Shown piece after piece: positions 10,210 through 20,605 of a stretch of 29,902 nucleotides of DNA; position 1 is the stretch's first letter; each line of letters starts with the position of its first letter. Location of the stretch: contig JADFUZ010000133.1 in NCBI GenBank assembly GCA_015222295.1, positions 1-29,902 on the forward strand, in the 5' to 3' direction. A program made the translations under genes and the position numbers. Below the pieces are notes generated by a model. That model searched no databases. It was given only the letters and a program-made list of their open reading frames with translations, and had not been told where the DNA came from. The DNA comes from Chloroflexota bacterium (GTDB taxonomy: Bacteria; Chloroflexota; Dehalococcoidia; GIF9; AB-539-J10).

Positions 10210-10843
10210 TCTCAATTGCCTCCTGTCCCCAAATACGCTCCATGTTGCGCAACGCAGGAACCGTTACTATCAACATCTCATACGAGAGTAAGTCCAACAC
10301 GTTGAGCAGCGCCGACGGTAGAACCTTCGTTTTCGGTAGATTGCCGGCCGACTTCACCAGACTAGGCTGTGACTGGGCTGTGACAATCAGAACAGACGAA
10401 TCAGCCTTGAGCGCTGACAGGATACCAAGCATTTCTTTCGTCCTCGGCCGTTCAAATTTCGGTTCTTCTACCACCTTCATATTTCCCTCCCTGACCTTGG
10501 AGGAGAGAAGGCACTTCAAAGCCAAACGCCTCATTTTCCTTGGCATGGATTGCCGATATGACCGCGGTTTGGGCCCAAAAACTACACCCCCTCCTCGAAG
10601 GAGAGGTGACTTCTTGTTTCCTCGCCTCGCCCTGCCAGTACCTTTCTGGCGGTAGAGTTTCGCCGTACTGCCACTAACCTCACTCCTTGTCTTGGCGGAC
10701 GCGGTTCCCTGACGCTTGTTAGCGAGCTGTCTCACAACAGCCTGATGGACTACCGCCTCATTAAAGGGCACAGCAAAAATGTCATCCCTGACCTCCACGT
10801 GGTCAGTAACCTCGCCAGGCAAATCGTGAACGGGAATCTGCAC
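10196..10843 (-). CDS. rplD: 50S ribosomal protein L4
   Basis: RQGTASAKTRSEVSG, RQKGTGRARRG, GGGVVFGPKPR; GTG start at 10843 just after the rplC stop. Confidence 0.97.
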   Translation of the reverse strand: MQIPVHDLPGEVTDHVEVRDDIFAVPFNEAVVHQAVVRQLANKRQGTASAKTRSEVSGSTAKLYRQKGTGRARRGNKKSPLLRGGGVVFGPKPRSYRQSMPRKMRRLALKCLLSSKVREGNMKVVEEPKFERPRTKEMLGILSALKADSSVLIVTAQSQPSLVKSAGNLPKTKVLPSALLNVLDLLSYEMLIVTVPALRNMERIWGQEAIENAPV

Positions 10844-10844
10844 T

Positions 10845-11462
10845 CTATCTCTCCACTTTCTCAATGACCAACGATCCTTTTTTCCCCCCAGGAACCGTCC
10901 CCTGGACCAAGAGCAAGTTGCGGTCCGCATCGACTCTGACCACTTGCAGGTTCCGCGCAGTGACCTTCCTGTATCCCATGTGCCCCGCCATCTTCTTCCC
11001 CTTGAGCACACGGCCAGGATCTGTGGTAGCACCAATTGAACCAGGAGCACGATGGCGGTCAGATTGCCCATGAGTTTTTGGTCCGCCGCTGAAATGGTAA
11101 CGTTTCACCACGCCAGCAAATCCCTTGCCTTTTGACAAGCCACTTACGTTTATCAAGTCACCCGGCTTCAGGAAGCCAACGTCCACTCTGTCACCACGTT
11201 TGGCTGAGCCAATATCCTCAGCTCTGAACTCGTGGAGATAAGCAAGCCTGGCTATGTCTCGGAGATGCCCTCCCTCTGGAGCGTTCAGGCGCTTGACTTC
11301 CCCAAAGCCCAGTTGAACAGCACTATAGCCATCCCCCTCTTGTCTCTTTACCTGCGTAATAAAGCAGGGACCTGCCTCAATGGCAGTTACCGCTACGACC
11401 TCCCCGTTCTCCAAGAACAGCTGGGTCATACCTCCTTTTCTACCGATAATGCCCTGTAACAT
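10845..11462 (-). CDS. rplC: 50S ribosomal protein L3
   Basis: GRKGGMTQ, SKGKGFAGVVKRYHF, THGQSDRHRAPGSIG, KKMAGHMG. Confidence 0.98.
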   Translation of the reverse strand: MLQGIIGRKGGMTQLFLENGEVVAVTAIEAGPCFITQVKRQEGDGYSAVQLGFGEVKRLNAPEGGHLRDIARLAYLHEFRAEDIGSAKRGDRVDVGFLKPGDLINVSGLSKGKGFAGVVKRYHFSGGPKTHGQSDRHRAPGSIGATTDPGRVLKGKKMAGHMGYRKVTARNLQVVRVDADRNLLLVQGTVPGGKKGSLVIEKVER

Positions 11463-11469
11463 AGTCTCG

Positions 11470-11778
11470 CTACAACTTGATATCTATCTGTACGCCCGAA
11501 GCCAGGTTGACTTGAGTTAGCGCATCTACGGTCTTGGGAGTAGGCTGTAGAATATCGATGAGCCGCTTATGAGTGCGGATTTCAAACTGCTCCCTGGAAT
11601 CCTTATCAATGTTGGGTGAGCGGATAACGCAGAATTTCTCTATGCGCGTGGGCAGAGGAACAGGCCCAACAACCACGGCTCCACTGCTCTCTACAGCAGC
11701 CACTATTTGCCTCACCGACTCATCAACCAGTCTGCGGTCGAAACCCTTGATCCTAACCCGGACTTTCTGACTGCTCAT
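11470..11778 (-). CDS. rpsJ: 30S ribosomal protein S10
   Basis: [25 protein letters not shown]; ATGA overlap with the fusA stop. Confidence 0.98.
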   Translation of the reverse strand: MSSQKVRVRIKGFDRRLVDESVRQIVAAVESSGAVVVGPVPLPTRIEKFCVIRSPNIDKDSREQFEIRTHKRLIDILQPTPKTVDALTQVNLASGVQIDIKL

Positions 11779-13856
11779 CCGGCCACCTTCGTTCCAGCCC
11801 TAGCCTGCTCCCCCAAACCAGGAGGCAATTCCTCATAGCGGTAGAACTCCATAGTGTGGGTTGCCCTGCCCTGACTCAGGGATCTCAACTCAGTGGCAAA
11901 GCCAAAACTCTCCCCCAGCGGGGCAAAACACCGAATAATACAGAAATCCTCCTGGGTTTCGATGCCATCGACTCGAGCCCTTCGTGCACTTAGATCGCCA
12001 ATGATATCTCCCAGGAACTGGACTGGAGTTACTATCTCCACCTTCATGATCGGTTCCAGTAGGACCGCCTTAGCCTTCGCTACGCCACTCTTCACAGCCA
12101 TGGACCCTGCTACTTTGAAGGCTAACTCTGAGGAATCCACTTCGTGGAAGCTCCCATCACACAAAGCGACTTCGATATCCACGATAGGGTACCCGGCCGG
12201 CCCACCAGTTTCTATGGCCTCTCTGACCCCCGCCTCCACTGAAGGAATGAACTCTCTGGGTATAGCGCCGCTTCGAATTCGGTTCCTGAACTCCAATCCG
12301 CTACCCCGTGCACCTGGTTCGAGCCTGAGCCAGACATGCCCATACTGTCCCCTACCACCGGATTGGCGAATGAATCTCCCCTCAGCATCCACAGGTACTG
12401 TGATAGTCTCTTTGTATGCCACTCGCGGCCTGCCCACATTTACCTTAACCCCGAATTCACGCCACATCCGGTCCACCAATACCTCAAGGTGCAATTCACC
12501 CATGCCCGAAATCAAACCCTGACCGGTCTCCTGATCGTGCCGCACCTTGAAGCTGGGATCCTCATCGCCCAGCTTGGCCAGGACTTCATCCAGCTTGTCC
12601 TCATCAGCCTTGGTCTTAGCCTCAATCGCCATTGAAAGCACCGGCGAGGAGAAATGTATTGGCTCAAAGAGGAGAGGCCGAGCAACATCACAAAGGGTGT
12701 CACCTGTAGTCGTGCCCTTGAGCCCAACGGTAGATATGATGCTCCCCGCATCAGCTTCACCTACCTCTTCGCGACGATTAGCATGCATGAAGTATAGTCT
12801 CCCCAGCCGCTGCTTTTTCCCCTTGCTCGCGTTGAGAACCTGCGCCCCCGATTTCACATTCCCCGAATATATACGCAGGTAGGTCAGCCTCCCCATGAAG
12901 GGATCGGAGACAACTTTGAACGCCAGAGCTGAAAGGGGCTCATCATCGCTCGCGCGGCAGTGAATCTGTCGCCCAGTTCTGGGATCAATAGCGGGAATAG
13001 GAGGAATATCTGAGGGCGAAGGAAGATAGGCCACAACAGCGTCAAGCAATGGTCGAATCCCTCTGCCCCTCAGAGCGCTGCCGCATAGAATGGGCACTAT
13101 TTCACCGGATACCGTCAGCCTTCTGATAGCTGCTTTCATCTGTGAAACAGAAATCTCTTGGCCTTCCAGATACATGAACATGATCTCGTCGTCACTTTGA
13201 GCCAGCTTCTCGACAAGAACCTGGTAGCGGTGAGCCACATCAGTCCTATCACTCTCCGGTATAGGCTCCTCCACGGGCATCAGTTCAGCATCAGCGGGAA
13301 AGACAACTGCCTTATTCTCCACAATGTCAATGATTCCCCGGAAGGAACTCTCCGTACCTAGCGGGACCTGTATGGGTAGAACCCTGGCTCGTAGCCTCCT
13401 CTCAATCATACTCACTGTGCGATGGAAATCGGCGCCAACCCTGTCCATCTTGTTTATGAAACAGATCCTGGCTACGTTATACCTGTCCGCTTGCCGCCAC
13501 ACCGCTTCCGATTGAGCTTCCACTCCCGCCACGGCATCAAGGACCACAACCCCACCGTCCAAGACACGCAGACTGCGCTCAACCTCAGCGGTGAAATCCA
13601 CATGTCCCGGGGTATCGATAATGTTGATGCGGTGGCCGTCCCAGTCACACGTGGTAGCCGCCGATGTAATGGTGATGCCACGTTCCCTCTCTTGTTGCAT
13701 CCAATCCATCACAGCCGTGCCCTCATCAACCCCACCAATCTTGTAGGTACGCCCCGTGTAATAGAGAATCCTCTCTGTCACGGTTGTTTTGCCCGCGTCT
13801 ATGTGAGCAATGATTCCTATGTTTCGTATCTTTTCCAAGGGGAAAACCCGTGACAT
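11775..13856 (-). CDS. fusA: Elongation factor G
   Basis: [44 protein letters not shown]; start moved to ATG at 13856 ([14 protein letters not shown]), 693 aa. Confidence 0.98.
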   Translation of the reverse strand: MSRVFPLEKIRNIGIIAHIDAGKTTVTERILYYTGRTYKIGGVDEGTAVMDWMQQERERGITITSAATTCDWDGHRINIIDTPGHVDFTAEVERSLRVLDGGVVVLDAVAGVEAQSEAVWRQADRYNVARICFINKMDRVGADFHRTVSMIERRLRARVLPIQVPLGTESSFRGIIDIVENKAVVFPADAELMPVEEPIPESDRTDVAHRYQVLVEKLAQSDDEIMFMYLEGQEISVSQMKAAIRRLTVSGEIVPILCGSALRGRGIRPLLDAVVAYLPSPSDIPPIPAIDPRTGRQIHCRASDDEPLSALAFKVVSDPFMGRLTYLRIYSGNVKSGAQVLNASKGKKQRLGRLYFMHANRREEVGEADAGSIISTVGLKGTTTGDTLCDVARPLLFEPIHFSSPVLSMAIEAKTKADEDKLDEVLAKLGDEDPSFKVRHDQETGQGLISGMGELHLEVLVDRMWREFGVKVNVGRPRVAYKETITVPVDAEGRFIRQSGGRGQYGHVWLRLEPGARGSGLEFRNRIRSGAIPREFIPSVEAGVREAIETGGPAGYPIVDIEVALCDGSFHEVDSSELAFKVAGSMAVKSGVAKAKAVLLEPIMKVEIVTPVQFLGDIIGDLSARRARVDGIETQEDFCIIRCFAPLGESFGFATELRSLSQGRATHTMEFYRYEELPPGLGEQARAGTKVAG

Positions 13857-13899
13857 CGTTCCGTCCTTCGCATCAAGTACTGCTCTCACTGTACTAATC

Positions 13900-14373
13900 T
13901 CACCAGCGGTAGTGGGCAAAGGCCCTGTTGGCCTCGGCCATCCTATGTATATCGTCACGCTTCTTGACCGTAGCACCACGGCCCTGAATCGCATCCAGCA
14001 GTTCAGTTGCCAGCCTGTCCTTCATTGTCTTCCCGGTACGCCCCCGAGCCGAGGCAATAAGCCAGCGCATGGCTATCGAACGCCCACGGCCCCTCTCTAC
14101 CTCCATAGGGACTTGATAGGTGGCTCCTCCAACACGGCGAGGCTTAACCTTTAGCAGCGGGGTAGCATTCACAACCGCTTGCTCCAGGAGCTCCGCGGGG
14201 TCACCACTGAGCTGTCGGCTAACCAGATCCATCGCGTCGTAGACAATACGCTCAGCAGTAGCCTTCTGGCCCCTCATCATAACTGCGTTGATGAGCTTGG
14301 CCACAGTAGCACTGTTATACTTGGCGTCCGGAACCGTGGTTCCCCTCTTTGCTTTTCTCGCCCTTCTTGGCAT
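13900..14373 (-). CDS. rpsG: 30S ribosomal protein S7
   Basis: [26 protein letters not shown]. Confidence 0.99.
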   Translation of the reverse strand: MPRRARKAKRGTTVPDAKYNSATVAKLINAVMMRGQKATAERIVYDAMDLVSRQLSGDPAELLEQAVVNATPLLKVKPRRVGGATYQVPMEVERGRGRSIAMRWLIASARGRTGKTMKDRLATELLDAIQGRGATVKKRDDIHRMAEANRAFAHYRW

Positions 14374-14387
14374 CTATCAAATCACCT

Positions 14388-14807
14388 TCATTGCTCTTTC
14401 GGGCGCTTGGCCCCATAGAGGCTACGACTTCGCCTCCGGTTAGCCACCCCTTCAGTGTCCAGAACGCCACGAACAATGTGATAACGGATTCCAGGAACAT
14501 CCTTGACCCGGCCTCCGCGAAGCAGAACCACAGAATGCTCCTGCAGATTGTGCCCCTCGCCGGGAATATACGCATTCACCTCTATACCATTAGTCAGCCG
14601 CACACGCGCGACCTTCCGCAGCGCCGAGTTTGGCTTCTTGGGCGTAACAGTCTTGACTAGAATGCAGACACCTCTTTTCTGTGGCGACCCTTTGGTCCAC
14701 CTGGTTCGGCCCTTCAGGGCATTATAGATGTAGTGCAATGACGGGCTTTTCGTCCGCTTCTCAATTTTCCTTCGGCCCTTGCGAACAAGCTGATTAACCG
14801 TCGGCAT
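14388..14807 (-). CDS. rpsL: 30S ribosomal protein S12
   Basis: [33 protein letters not shown]; has the insertion before SPQKRGVC seen in Firmicutes/Chloroflexota S12; ATG at 14807 behind GGAGG. Confidence 0.99.
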   Translation of the reverse strand: MPTVNQLVRKGRRKIEKRTKSPSLHYIYNALKGRTRWTKGSPQKRGVCILVKTVTPKKPNSALRKVARVRLTNGIEVNAYIPGEGHNLQEHSVVLLRGGRVKDVPGIRYHIVRGVLDTEGVANRRRSRSLYGAKRPKEQ

Positions 14808-14918
14808 CTGTTGAGACCTCCAAATTCTGGGCAATCAGAAGGCCGCCTAGCTTACCGGTCTACTTCCCTCAGGATCCACCCGGCCTTGACTAGCCGGCCT
14901 TTTGACTACTATAGCCGT

Positions 14919-14947
14919 TTGCTTCCCAGTAGACTCCGGCCTATAAT
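14919..14947 (+). promoter_or_regulatory. Putative upstream sigma70 promoter toward nusA (P1), overlapping the rpsL promoter
   Basis: TTGCTT (14919-14924), 17 nt, perfect TATAAT (14942-14947). Confidence 0.45.
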
Positions 14948-14973
14948 CTAACACGAAGACACCAGATTGTCAA
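14945..14973 (-). promoter_or_regulatory. Putative sigma70 promoter of the str/S10/spc transcript
   Basis: Minus strand TTGACA (14973-14968), 17 nt, TAGATT (14950-14945), with TG-n extended -10. Confidence 0.7.
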
Positions 14974-14999
14974 AGAGGCGCAGCGATAGATGGTTTCAG

Positions 15000-15028
15000 T
15001 TGCATTCTTCACCGATTCCTGGTATACT
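15000..15028 (+). promoter_or_regulatory. Putative sigma70 promoter of the nusA operon (P2)
   Basis: TTGCAT (15000-15005), 17 nt, TATACT (15023-15028), with TG-n extended -10. Confidence 0.7.
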
Positions 15029-15054
15029 AGCGTTACGGTCAAATGGGATCTAGG

Positions 15055-15080
15055 AAGTGGGCATAGCCCACTTTTTTGTT
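15055..15080 (+). terminator. Intrinsic terminator/attenuator in the nusA leader
   Basis: AAGTGGGC-ATA-GCCCACTT hairpin running into TTTTTTGTT, between the promoter and the nusA start. Confidence 0.75.
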
Positions 15081-15108
15081 AGATTCAATTATGTGGCGCT
15101 GAAGGAAA

Positions 15109-16467
15109 ATGAAGACGGAGTTCATGGCTGCTGTAACTCAACTCTCCTTTGAAAGGAACTTGTCCAAGCAGGTCGTTCTGGCAGCACTGGAATCAGCCCT
15201 CGCCTCAGCCTACAAGAAGGAAGCTTTCTCTCCTGACGAAGACGTGATCGTCAAGATTGACCCTGAAGCTGCCGAGATCAGAGTCTATACCAGAAAAACT
15301 GTAGCTGAGCCAGTCACAAATTCACTCACAGAGATCTCCGTCGACGAGGCCCGCCAGTTGCGCGACGGTGTCCAGCTCGGCGAAGTAGTAGAGATAGAAT
15401 CCACTCCCAGGGGTGCGGGGCGCATTGCTGCTCAAGTAGCAAGGCAGGTTGTCCTTCAACGACTGCGCGAAGCGGAGCACCAGGCGGCCTACGAGCAATT
15501 CATCGGCAGAGAAGGCGAACTCGTGGCGGGGACGATACAATTCATCCAGGCCAACCAGATTTACGCCAACCTGGGCAAGAGAGAGGCAATACTTCCAGCC
15601 AATGAGCAACTGCCCAACGAGCGTTACTACGTAGGACAGCAACTGAGATTCTACCTTTTGGAGACCAGCCAGGGCTCCAGGGGGCCCCGAATAGTGGTCT
15701 CTCGCTCTCACCCCAACTTGGTGCGTCGCCTTTTCGAACTGGAAATCCCCGAGTTCCGCAGTGGTGTCTTGGAGTTACGAGCAATAGCTCGTGAAGCCGG
15801 GTATCGAAGCAAGGTCGGCGTGTCGAGCCGTCAAGATGGCGTCGATCCTGTAGGCTGTTGCTTGGGACCACGAGGAATTAGACTGCAAAGCATTATCAGT
15901 CAGCTGAATAATGAGAAAATAGACGTGATCCCGTGGCATGCTGACCCCAGCCTGTTTATTTCCAGCGCGCTCAGCCCATCTCAGGTATCCAGCATTGAAC
16001 TCAACGAACCGGAGAAGACAGCTACTGTGGTTGTCCCTGACAGACAGTTGTCTCTAGCCATAGGAAAAGGAGGGCAGAACGCCAGATTGGCGGCAAGACT
16101 CACGGGTTGGCGAATTGACATCAAGAGCGCTTCCGCCGCCCAAGCAGAAAGGCCTACTTTGCCAGAGGTCGCTCCCGAGCCTGCTCTAGAAGCCGAATTG
16201 CTTTCCGGCGTAGCAAGCGAGACTCAAGAGGTAGAACCAGCTCCTGAGCAGGCAGGCGAGAAGCTAGAGGCGCTTCTGGCCAGTGATGTGTTCAGACAGG
16301 TTGTAGAGGCTCCTTCCGAAGAACAGGAGAAGGTGAGTCGAATTCGCTTCGCCGAGGATGTTCTTCCCGCCAAGAAGAAAGAGTCAATACCGAAGAAGGA
16401 AAAAGTCCAACCCAAGGGACGCAAGAAACGAAAGGTCTATTTCGAGGATGATGCACCAGAAGAGTAA
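15109..16467 (+). CDS. nusA: Transcription termination/antitermination factor NusA
   Basis: [12 protein letters not shown]1 and KH domains ([43 protein letters not shown]); long low-complexity C-terminal tail. Confidence 0.98.
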   Translation: MKTEFMAAVTQLSFERNLSKQVVLAALESALASAYKKEAFSPDEDVIVKIDPEAAEIRVYTRKTVAEPVTNSLTEISVDEARQLRDGVQLGEVVEIESTPRGAGRIAAQVARQVVLQRLREAEHQAAYEQFIGREGELVAGTIQFIQANQIYANLGKREAILPANEQLPNERYYVGQQLRFYLLETSQGSRGPRIVVSRSHPNLVRRLFELEIPEFRSGVLELRAIAREAGYRSKVGVSSRQDGVDPVGCCLGPRGIRLQSIISQLNNEKIDVIPWHADPSLFISSALSPSQVSSIELNEPEKTATVVVPDRQLSLAIGKGGQNARLAARLTGWRIDIKSASAAQAERPTLPEVAPEPALEAELLSGVASETQEVEPAPEQAGEKLEALLASDVFRQVVEAPSEEQEKVSRIRFAEDVLPAKKKESIPKKEKVQPKGRKKRKVYFEDDAPEE

Positions 16468-16741
16468 GTATATCCCTCAACGCACCTGCATCGCCTGCCA
16501 GCAAAAGACAGACAAGAAAGACCTAATCCGTTTGGTGCGTACCGACAAGGGGAGTATCGAAGTAGATATGTCGGCCCGGAAACCAGGGAGAGGCGCCTAC
16601 CTGTGCCCCAAGAGACGATGCTGGGAAATGGCGCTAGGACGGAAGCGATTGGAACGCGCCTTGCGAACGAACATCGATGACGCTAATCGTGAGACCTTAC
16701 TGGCGTACGACAAGATCTTTCCTGAAGGAGACCTAACTTGA
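16448..16741 (+). CDS. ylxR: YlxR/RnpM (DUF448) family nucleic-acid-binding protein
   Basis: PQRTCIAC, LIRLVR, GRGAYLC...CW; usual position between nusA and infB; start is ATG at 16448 or 16451. Confidence 0.92.
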   Translation: MMHQKSKYIPQRTCIACQQKTDKKDLIRLVRTDKGSIEVDMSARKPGRGAYLCPKRRCWEMALGRKRLERALRTNIDDANRETLLAYDKIFPEGDLT

Positions 16742-18528
16742 CAGGCGAAAAGAGAGAACCTGCGACTGACATTAAGACAAGGCGGACCCGCGAGACAAGT
16801 CACCCGGCTTTACCCAAACTCGAGCTGCCAGCTTCCATGACTGTGAAACACCTCGCCGACAGCCTTGGTGTGGAGCCCGCCAGAGCTATCAAGCAACTCA
16901 TGCGGCGAGGCGTCATGGTCAATATCAATCAAACCATCGACTTCGATACCGCTGCTGCGATAGCTAAAGATCTGGGCTACGGCACCAAGCGAAAGCCAGA
17001 GCAGCACGTCAGGCCTGCTCGCAGGAGAGGGAAGGGGGACAAGCCACAGGTGCGGCCCCCGGTGGTTACAGTGATGGGACATGTCGACCACGGCAAGACG
17101 ACGCTCCTCGATGTCATAAGAAGAACCAATGTCACTGCTCACGAGGCCGGAGCTATTACTCAACACACCGGCGCTTATCAAACAGTGGTGGACGGACGCA
17201 AGATAACTTTCCTGGACACTCCTGGACACAAGGCCTTCACCGCTATGAGGGCTCGTGGAGCTCAGGCGACTGACATCGTCGTCCTGGTCGTGGCCGCCGA
17301 CGACGGTGTCATGCCCCAGACCATTGAGGCTATAGACCACGCCAAAGCTGCTGGCGTGACTATCGTCGTTGCCATCAACAAGACTGACAAACCTGATGCC
17401 AACACCGACCGGGTAAAGCAGCAACTCGCTGATCAAGGCCTGGTCATTGAGGAATGGGGAGGCGAGATTGTCTGCGTTCCAATTTCAGCCAAGAAGGAAC
17501 AAGGGATATCGGACCTGCTGGAAAACTTGTTCCTTGTTGCTGACATCCTGGAACTGAAGGCCGACCCACATGTCGTTGCCGAAGGTGTTGTCATTGAGGC
17601 CAAGCTGGACAAGACTAAAGGTGCCCTGGCTACCCTCCTGGTTCAGAAGGGCACTATTGCCCCAGGCGAAAATGTCGTAGCCGGACATAACTGGGGCAGA
17701 ATCAAGGCCATGTTCGACGACAAGGGCAGGCGGGTCGACAAAGCTGAGCCATCGACACCCGTCGAGGTTCTTGGCTTGAATGGTGTCCCACGCGCAGGGG
17801 AATTGTTCACCGTAGCTACGAACGAGCACGAAGCGCGAAGCGTCGTCAAGGGACGAGAGGCTACGAGACGTCCACCGCCCGCAAGCCTAAGCTCTCTTTC
17901 CAGCCAGATAAGTAGCGGGCAATTGAAGGAACTCAACATAGTGCTGAAGACGGATGTCCAGGGCAGCATCGAGCCAATAAGAAACTCCATAGAGCAACTG
18001 AGCACTGAAAAGGTGAGAGCCAGCATTATCCACGCCAGCAGCGGCAGCATAACGGAGACCGACGTACTTCTGGCTTCGGCCTCGAAAGGAATTATTATCG
18101 GTTTCAACACAAGTCCGGCACCGGGGGCACAGCAGCTAGCTGAGTCAGAAGGAGTAAGCATTCAACGTTACGACATAATCTACAGGCTAGAGGAAGACAT
18201 GGACAGCCTTCTGAAGGGCATGCTTGAGCCAACCTGGGCTGAGGTGCTTGGCGGACGCGCTGAGACACGAGCTATATTCTCTAGCAGCAAGTGGAACAAG
18301 GTGGCAGGAGTCTACGTCAAGGAAGGCACACTGTGGCGAAACGCCAAAGTCAAGATACTGCGGCAGAACGACGTGGTGTGCGAGTCTAAGGTCGTGGGCC
18401 TGAAGCGCTTCAAGGATGATGTCACCGAGGTAGCGGCTGGGCTTGAGTGCGGCGTGGCGGTGGAGGGATTCAGCGATTTCCAGATCGGCGACATTATCGA
18501 ACTGTACCGAAAGGAAAAGGTAAGCTAG
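16738..18528 (+). CDS. infB: Translation initiation factor IF-2 (short N-terminus)
   Basis: [49 protein letters not shown]...GLECG; TTG start behind AAGGAG. Confidence 0.98.
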   Translation: MTGEKREPATDIKTRRTRETSHPALPKLELPASMTVKHLADSLGVEPARAIKQLMRRGVMVNINQTIDFDTAAAIAKDLGYGTKRKPEQHVRPARRRGKGDKPQVRPPVVTVMGHVDHGKTTLLDVIRRTNVTAHEAGAITQHTGAYQTVVDGRKITFLDTPGHKAFTAMRARGAQATDIVVLVVAADDGVMPQTIEAIDHAKAAGVTIVVAINKTDKPDANTDRVKQQLADQGLVIEEWGGEIVCVPISAKKEQGISDLLENLFLVADILELKADPHVVAEGVVIEAKLDKTKGALATLLVQKGTIAPGENVVAGHNWGRIKAMFDDKGRRVDKAEPSTPVEVLGLNGVPRAGELFTVATNEHEARSVVKGREATRRPPPASLSSLSSQISSGQLKELNIVLKTDVQGSIEPIRNSIEQLSTEKVRASIIHASSGSITETDVLLASASKGIIIGFNTSPAPGAQQLAESEGVSIQRYDIIYRLEEDMDSLLKGMLEPTWAEVLGGRAETRAIFSSSKWNKVAGVYVKEGTLWRNAKVKILRQNDVVCESKVVGLKRFKDDVTEVAAGLECGVAVEGFSDFQIGDIIELYRKEKVS

Positions 18529-18570
18529 GACACTGCTCCCGTCTCCCTACCCGGGTTTCGAGAGGCCTGA

Positions 18571-18930
18571 ATGTCAAGGCGCACTGAGCGACTGAACAAA
18601 GCTATCAAGCAAGAAATCAGTAGACTGCTTGAACGCGAGGTCAACGACCCAAGACTTGGCAATCTCATTTCCGTGACCGAAGTCTCAGTATCACCTGACC
18701 TCAAGTATGCCAAAGTATTTGTCAGCATCTTGGGAAATGAAGAGAACAAGACAGAGATGCTGGCCGGTTTCAATTCCGCTTCTGGATTCCTGCGCAGGGA
18801 ACTGGCCTCGCACTTGAGCTTGAGAACCGTTCCGCAGCTCAGCTTCCACTATGATGACTCTATTGAGCGGGGAGCAAGGGTGCTGGAACTCATCCGGCAA
18901 GTTGGCAACGCAGACAAGCCTCTCACCTGA
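18571..18930 (+). CDS. rbfA: 30S ribosome-binding factor RbfA
   Basis: RTERLNKAIKQEIS, SVTEVSVSPDLKYAKVF, PQLSFHYDDSIERG. Confidence 0.97.
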   Translation: MSRRTERLNKAIKQEISRLLEREVNDPRLGNLISVTEVSVSPDLKYAKVFVSILGNEENKTEMLAGFNSASGFLRRELASHLSLRTVPQLSFHYDDSIERGARVLELIRQVGNADKPLT

Positions 18931-18985
18931 ATTTGCATCGTGAGCCCACCGGGGGACAGGTGCCTCGTCGGACTGGTGCCACTAC

Positions 18986-20413
18986 CTATTCAATCCCGCA
19001 CAGTCTCTTGGCAGCTTTCTTCTTCCCATCCAGGTTGCTCTGTCTCCCAATCATGATTTTCTGGGCCTGAGGCGAGCCCGCCCCGTGCATCGACTCGGGC
19101 AAATAGCAAGCTGCCCCAAGACCCATCGTAAGGCTCTCAACCAGCCGCATCATGCGTATGCGGTCTTCCGCGGGGACTGCTCCGGCGCCCTTCAGGTATT
19201 TGGCTACGTAATTGCCTACTCTGGGGTGTCTAAGATCCTTCTCAGAAGGCATGGTTACTACCGCTCCGCCAGCAATCTCATGTGCTATCTTGGCCAACTC
19301 GTAAGGGATCCTGGTTACGTGTAGTTTGGTGATATTAGCCATCAAGGAATTGACGTAGTAGGTGCCCGAGGACTCCCTGTGACCTTCATGGGCACAGGCA
19401 AGACTGCAACAGAATATGGTTTCATTGAGATGAACCATCTCAGTGATCTTGTCCCTGACGTGAGGAGCTTTCGCGATACCGTTGTATTCAGCAATCGTCT
19501 GCGTAGCACCAATCAAGACATCTCCCATGCCCGCCTTGCAAGCGTAGCTCTGGCGGTGATATGAGGCAAATTTCTCCACGAGGTCAGCGGCAAACTCGTG
19601 CTCCTTGTACATGAAGACCCGCTGCCAGGGAACAAAGACGTCATCGAAAATCACCATGCATTCGTGTCCCCCGTAATAGAGATTGCCAACGTCAAAGGTC
19701 TGGCCCTCCATCTTTCGTGTATCGCAGGGCTGCCTCCCATAGATATACATGATGCCCTTGGTATCGCTTGGTATGGCGAAAACAACCGCGTAGTCCCTAT
19801 CTTCCTCTCGCATAGCTCTGGTGGGCATCGCGATGATTTCATGTGAATTCAAGGCCCCGGTCTGGTGCAACTTGCTGCCGCGCACTACTATGCCATCCCC
19901 GCTCTCGTCGACCACGCGAAGATACTGATCTGGGTCCAGCTGCTCAGCGGGGCGAAGGCTTCTATCGCCTTTCGCGTCTGTCATAGCTGCGTCACAGGCA
20001 AGGTCATTCTCCTGCACATATTCCAAGTACTGCAAGAAACGTCTGTTGTAGTCCGTCCTGTACTTCCGGTCGATATCGTGAGTGACTATGGAAAGGGCAT
20101 TCAGGGCATCCATGCCAGCGCAACGCTGAAAACAGGCACCCGTATAGCAACCCAGCACTCTCCCCATCTTTGACTTGTTGACCAGGTCAGCGTTACTCTG
20201 ATGGATATGAGTGAAGCGGTTAATCCTCTTTCCTGTCACGTGAGAGATAGCCGTCATAGTATCCCCCCGGGCAAGTTCATAAGTCGCCGCCATCGCATTT
20301 GCTGAAGGCCTGATAACGGGATGATCCACGGTATTCCCTACACGTTCCCCAAACATGTAGACCTCCAGTTTCAGTTCTCTCAAGCTGTCAAAATATTCTT
20401 CCTTTGTCTTCAT
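18986..20413 (-). CDS. abfD: 4-hydroxybutyryl-CoA dehydratase/vinylacetyl-CoA isomerase (AbfD)-like, HpaB-fold family
   Basis: The ORF track lists this as +, but the sequence shows it on the minus strand (cta at 18986-18988; cat at 20411-20413 behind GGAGG). CFQRC and HRQSYAC supply the expected [4Fe-4S] Cys/Cys/His/Cys ligands; also GGHECMVIFDDV and ESMHGAGSPQAQK. Confidence 0.85.
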   Translation of the reverse strand: MKTKEEYFDSLRELKLEVYMFGERVGNTVDHPVIRPSANAMAATYELARGDTMTAISHVTGKRINRFTHIHQSNADLVNKSKMGRVLGCYTGACFQRCAGMDALNALSIVTHDIDRKYRTDYNRRFLQYLEYVQENDLACDAAMTDAKGDRSLRPAEQLDPDQYLRVVDESGDGIVVRGSKLHQTGALNSHEIIAMPTRAMREEDRDYAVVFAIPSDTKGIMYIYGRQPCDTRKMEGQTFDVGNLYYGGHECMVIFDDVFVPWQRVFMYKEHEFAADLVEKFASYHRQSYACKAGMGDVLIGATQTIAEYNGIAKAPHVRDKITEMVHLNETIFCCSLACAHEGHRESSGTYYVNSLMANITKLHVTRIPYELAKIAHEIAGGAVVTMPSEKDLRHPRVGNYVAKYLKGAGAVPAEDRIRMMRLVESLTMGLGAACYLPESMHGAGSPQAQKIMIGRQSNLDGKKKAAKRLCGIE

Positions 20414-20605
20414 GACCAACCTCCGCAATTGCCACCTGGGGGAGACCCGTTAGAAATCCACTGATGTTTCACCCTTTTCCTCTGCCGTCCCTGACACTGA
20501 GAAAGACAATCCGGAGAGCTATGGACTGGCAGTTGCCTCCTCACTGCGCGGCGGCTGCGTTCTGGACACAACCCCCGAAGTCAGATATGCCCTATCTTGT
20601 GGCAA

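Noticed and set aside
11893-12522. 209-aa + strand ORF and other ORFs antisense to fusA, infB, ino1 and r-protein genes
   Set aside because: Shadow frames of conserved genes, with no recognisable motifs or RBS.
18986-20428. ORF-track entry giving the 480-aa dehydratase-like ORF on the + strand
   Set aside because: The listed protein only translates from the reverse complement (stop cta at 18986-18988, start region cat/caa near 20413-20428), so it is annotated on the minus strand.
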